Assembly (NCBI GenBank): GCA_030248215.1
Contig: JASANG010003752.1
Location: forward strand, 310,001 to 374,000
Direction of reading: 5' to 3'
Origin: Enoplolaimus lenunculus
Taxonomy: Eukaryota
DNA: 64,000 nt
Below the pieces are notes generated by a model. It searched no databases, was not told where the DNA came from, and worked only from the letters and a program-made list of their open reading frames with translations. Numbering within the stretch: position 1 is the first letter of the stretch; every line of letters begins with the position of its first letter. A program made the position numbers and the translations under genes. Positions 62,311 to 64,000 of this stretch are shown here, piece by piece.

Positions 62311-62849
62311 AGTGTGAGTGAGCGTACAGTATTTTTATTTTATTGTCAATTTAAGTTTTCGAAATGTAAGCATCAAACCGGTCTGAACATCGAATCCCCT
62401 CCCCTACCAGAAAATTCCAGGTCTGCCAATGAACATACATTTTAATGAAACAATTTTATTCAACTGAATAGGTTGCGTCCACTTTTGAAATCGTTTTAAT
62501 ACCGCTTTCTGTACGATTATGTTTCGAAATAAACTTAAAATATTAATAACGCCACCGACGGCCTTTTTATATTTATCCAACAAAAGGTTATATCTAATGC
62601 ATAGTGAGAATAAGGTTTGTGTTTTGTCCAGTTTAGCAAGTTGGTCCATTTGAAACAACAACAATCTGGTAGTATGTCTTTACTGTACACGTAGATATAT
62701 TCGTCATATTGTTCACAAAAATGAATCTTCAGACTATTTTGTTAAATAAATTTATTTTCATGCCATTGAATTTTCATTGGTGTGATTTGCCTGTGCGCTC
62801 CAAGCAAACGGTACTGCAGGCTTTTTTTAATATTTTGAAGCCAAAAACA

Positions 62850-63010
62850 AGGGGCCGTAGCCAAGGGGGGTGCAGGTGGGCTCAGCCTCCTGGATAAATT
62901 TTGGCCCCATCAGAAAATTTTCAACCATGCTTGCAACTTTTGAAAACCCTTGAATGCTCCACCTGAAAATTTTTAGCCCAACCTAGCGTGGTGAGCAGGC
63001 TAAGGACCTG
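62850..63010. mobile_element. Short hAT-type MITE (GGCCGTAGCCA family; relatives at ~42369-42523, ~58555-58711, ~63245-63338)
   Basis: Shared start RGGGCCGTAGCCA, internal AAAATTTTCAACC, end ..ACGGCCCTG-like; TSD CAAAAACA/CAAACACA. Confidence 0.62.
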
Positions 63011-64000
63011 CAAACACATGTATAGCATTACTGCGTAATGCTCAAGAAAATACGCGTTGAAATAGAATAAACGTATTTATGGTTTAGCCACAAATTACGT
63101 TTCGATAGTATTTTACCTCATGTGAAACTTTATTTCTGCTTGCATGTTATGTGCGAGAACATGCGAGTATTAATGCTTTTCATTTGATAAATACGTACAG
63201 GCTGGTAAACACATCCGGATTATAAGGATACGGTTGTGAGTTTTGCGGCCTCGTATACAGATAGGAGGCAGTTGCCTAGAAGAATTTTGGCCCCTCTAAA
63301 ATTTTTCAACCTCGGTTGTAAGTCCAGCGAAACCACTTCTATGCCCTTTCTGAAAAATGTTTAGCCTCCTTTAGCTACGTGAGCTGGATACGGGACTGAA
63401 GTTTTGCATGGCGTATCCTGCTATAGAACTGTGTTAAAGGGATCCGTTGTATTAGTCTTTCCAAACGTTTATTATTGAAATGCGTTGCGGACTGACATTT
63501 CCATATGGTCAGGGTCGGATGAAGGTGGTGGAAGGCCCGGGGCCAATACGACCAGGAGGTACGGGGCTCGTATAACTAGGAGGTCCGAGGTACCATATGA
63601 CTAGCAGGTCTTTATATTATCTATAATTATTTTGTACACCAGAGCATAAAATTATAATGTAAATGAAACAAATTGTACCAAAAGTACTGAACAGGAATTC
63701 ACGGCCAAGGGTCTATTCTAGATTTGCACTTAGAGAAGTCACTTACGGTGCCACCGAAGTCTAGAAATTTTTTAAAGTCCAAAAATGGACGGTACGGGCC
63801 CCGTTTTCTTTCTTTTTCTTACCTTCTTGCCCACCATATTTGCCAAAAATTTCATTCAACACACTATAAATGTGGCATCGAATCCACGATTCAACCGAAT
63901 CCGAACCCGACTCCGAATCCACTACTAAACTGAAGAAGTTTCTCAACATTTGGAAAAACGTTTTGTACCCTCTTTTATATAACCGTGCCAAAAAAACGCA

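Overview
AT-rich, intron-containing animal genomic DNA, most likely from a nematode (interstitial TTAGGC repeats, TTTCAG splice acceptors). The host genes are a 5-exon ADP/ATP translocase (+, 960-4625), a 10-exon SLC5 sodium:solute symporter (-, 34102-44360) and an intronless, frameshifted divergent ionotropic-receptor-like gene (+, 32624-33861). The main finding is a ~14.7-kb Ty3/Gypsy-type LTR element (10505-25217) with an unusual layout. A class I fusion (F-type env) glycoprotein sits between gag and protease/RT in the gag frame. A separate, intact 1181-aa UPF1/MOV10-like SF1 helicase ORF fills the pol-to-3'LTR slot where env normally lies, behind its own splice acceptor. The element uses a tRNA-Gln primer site, and its two LTRs match in U3 but not in R/U5. 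The rest of the window is dense with MITEs (hAT-type, and Merlin-like ones carrying telomeric repeats), and there is a decayed tandem-RING relic. All family assignments come from manual motif reading; no searches were run.
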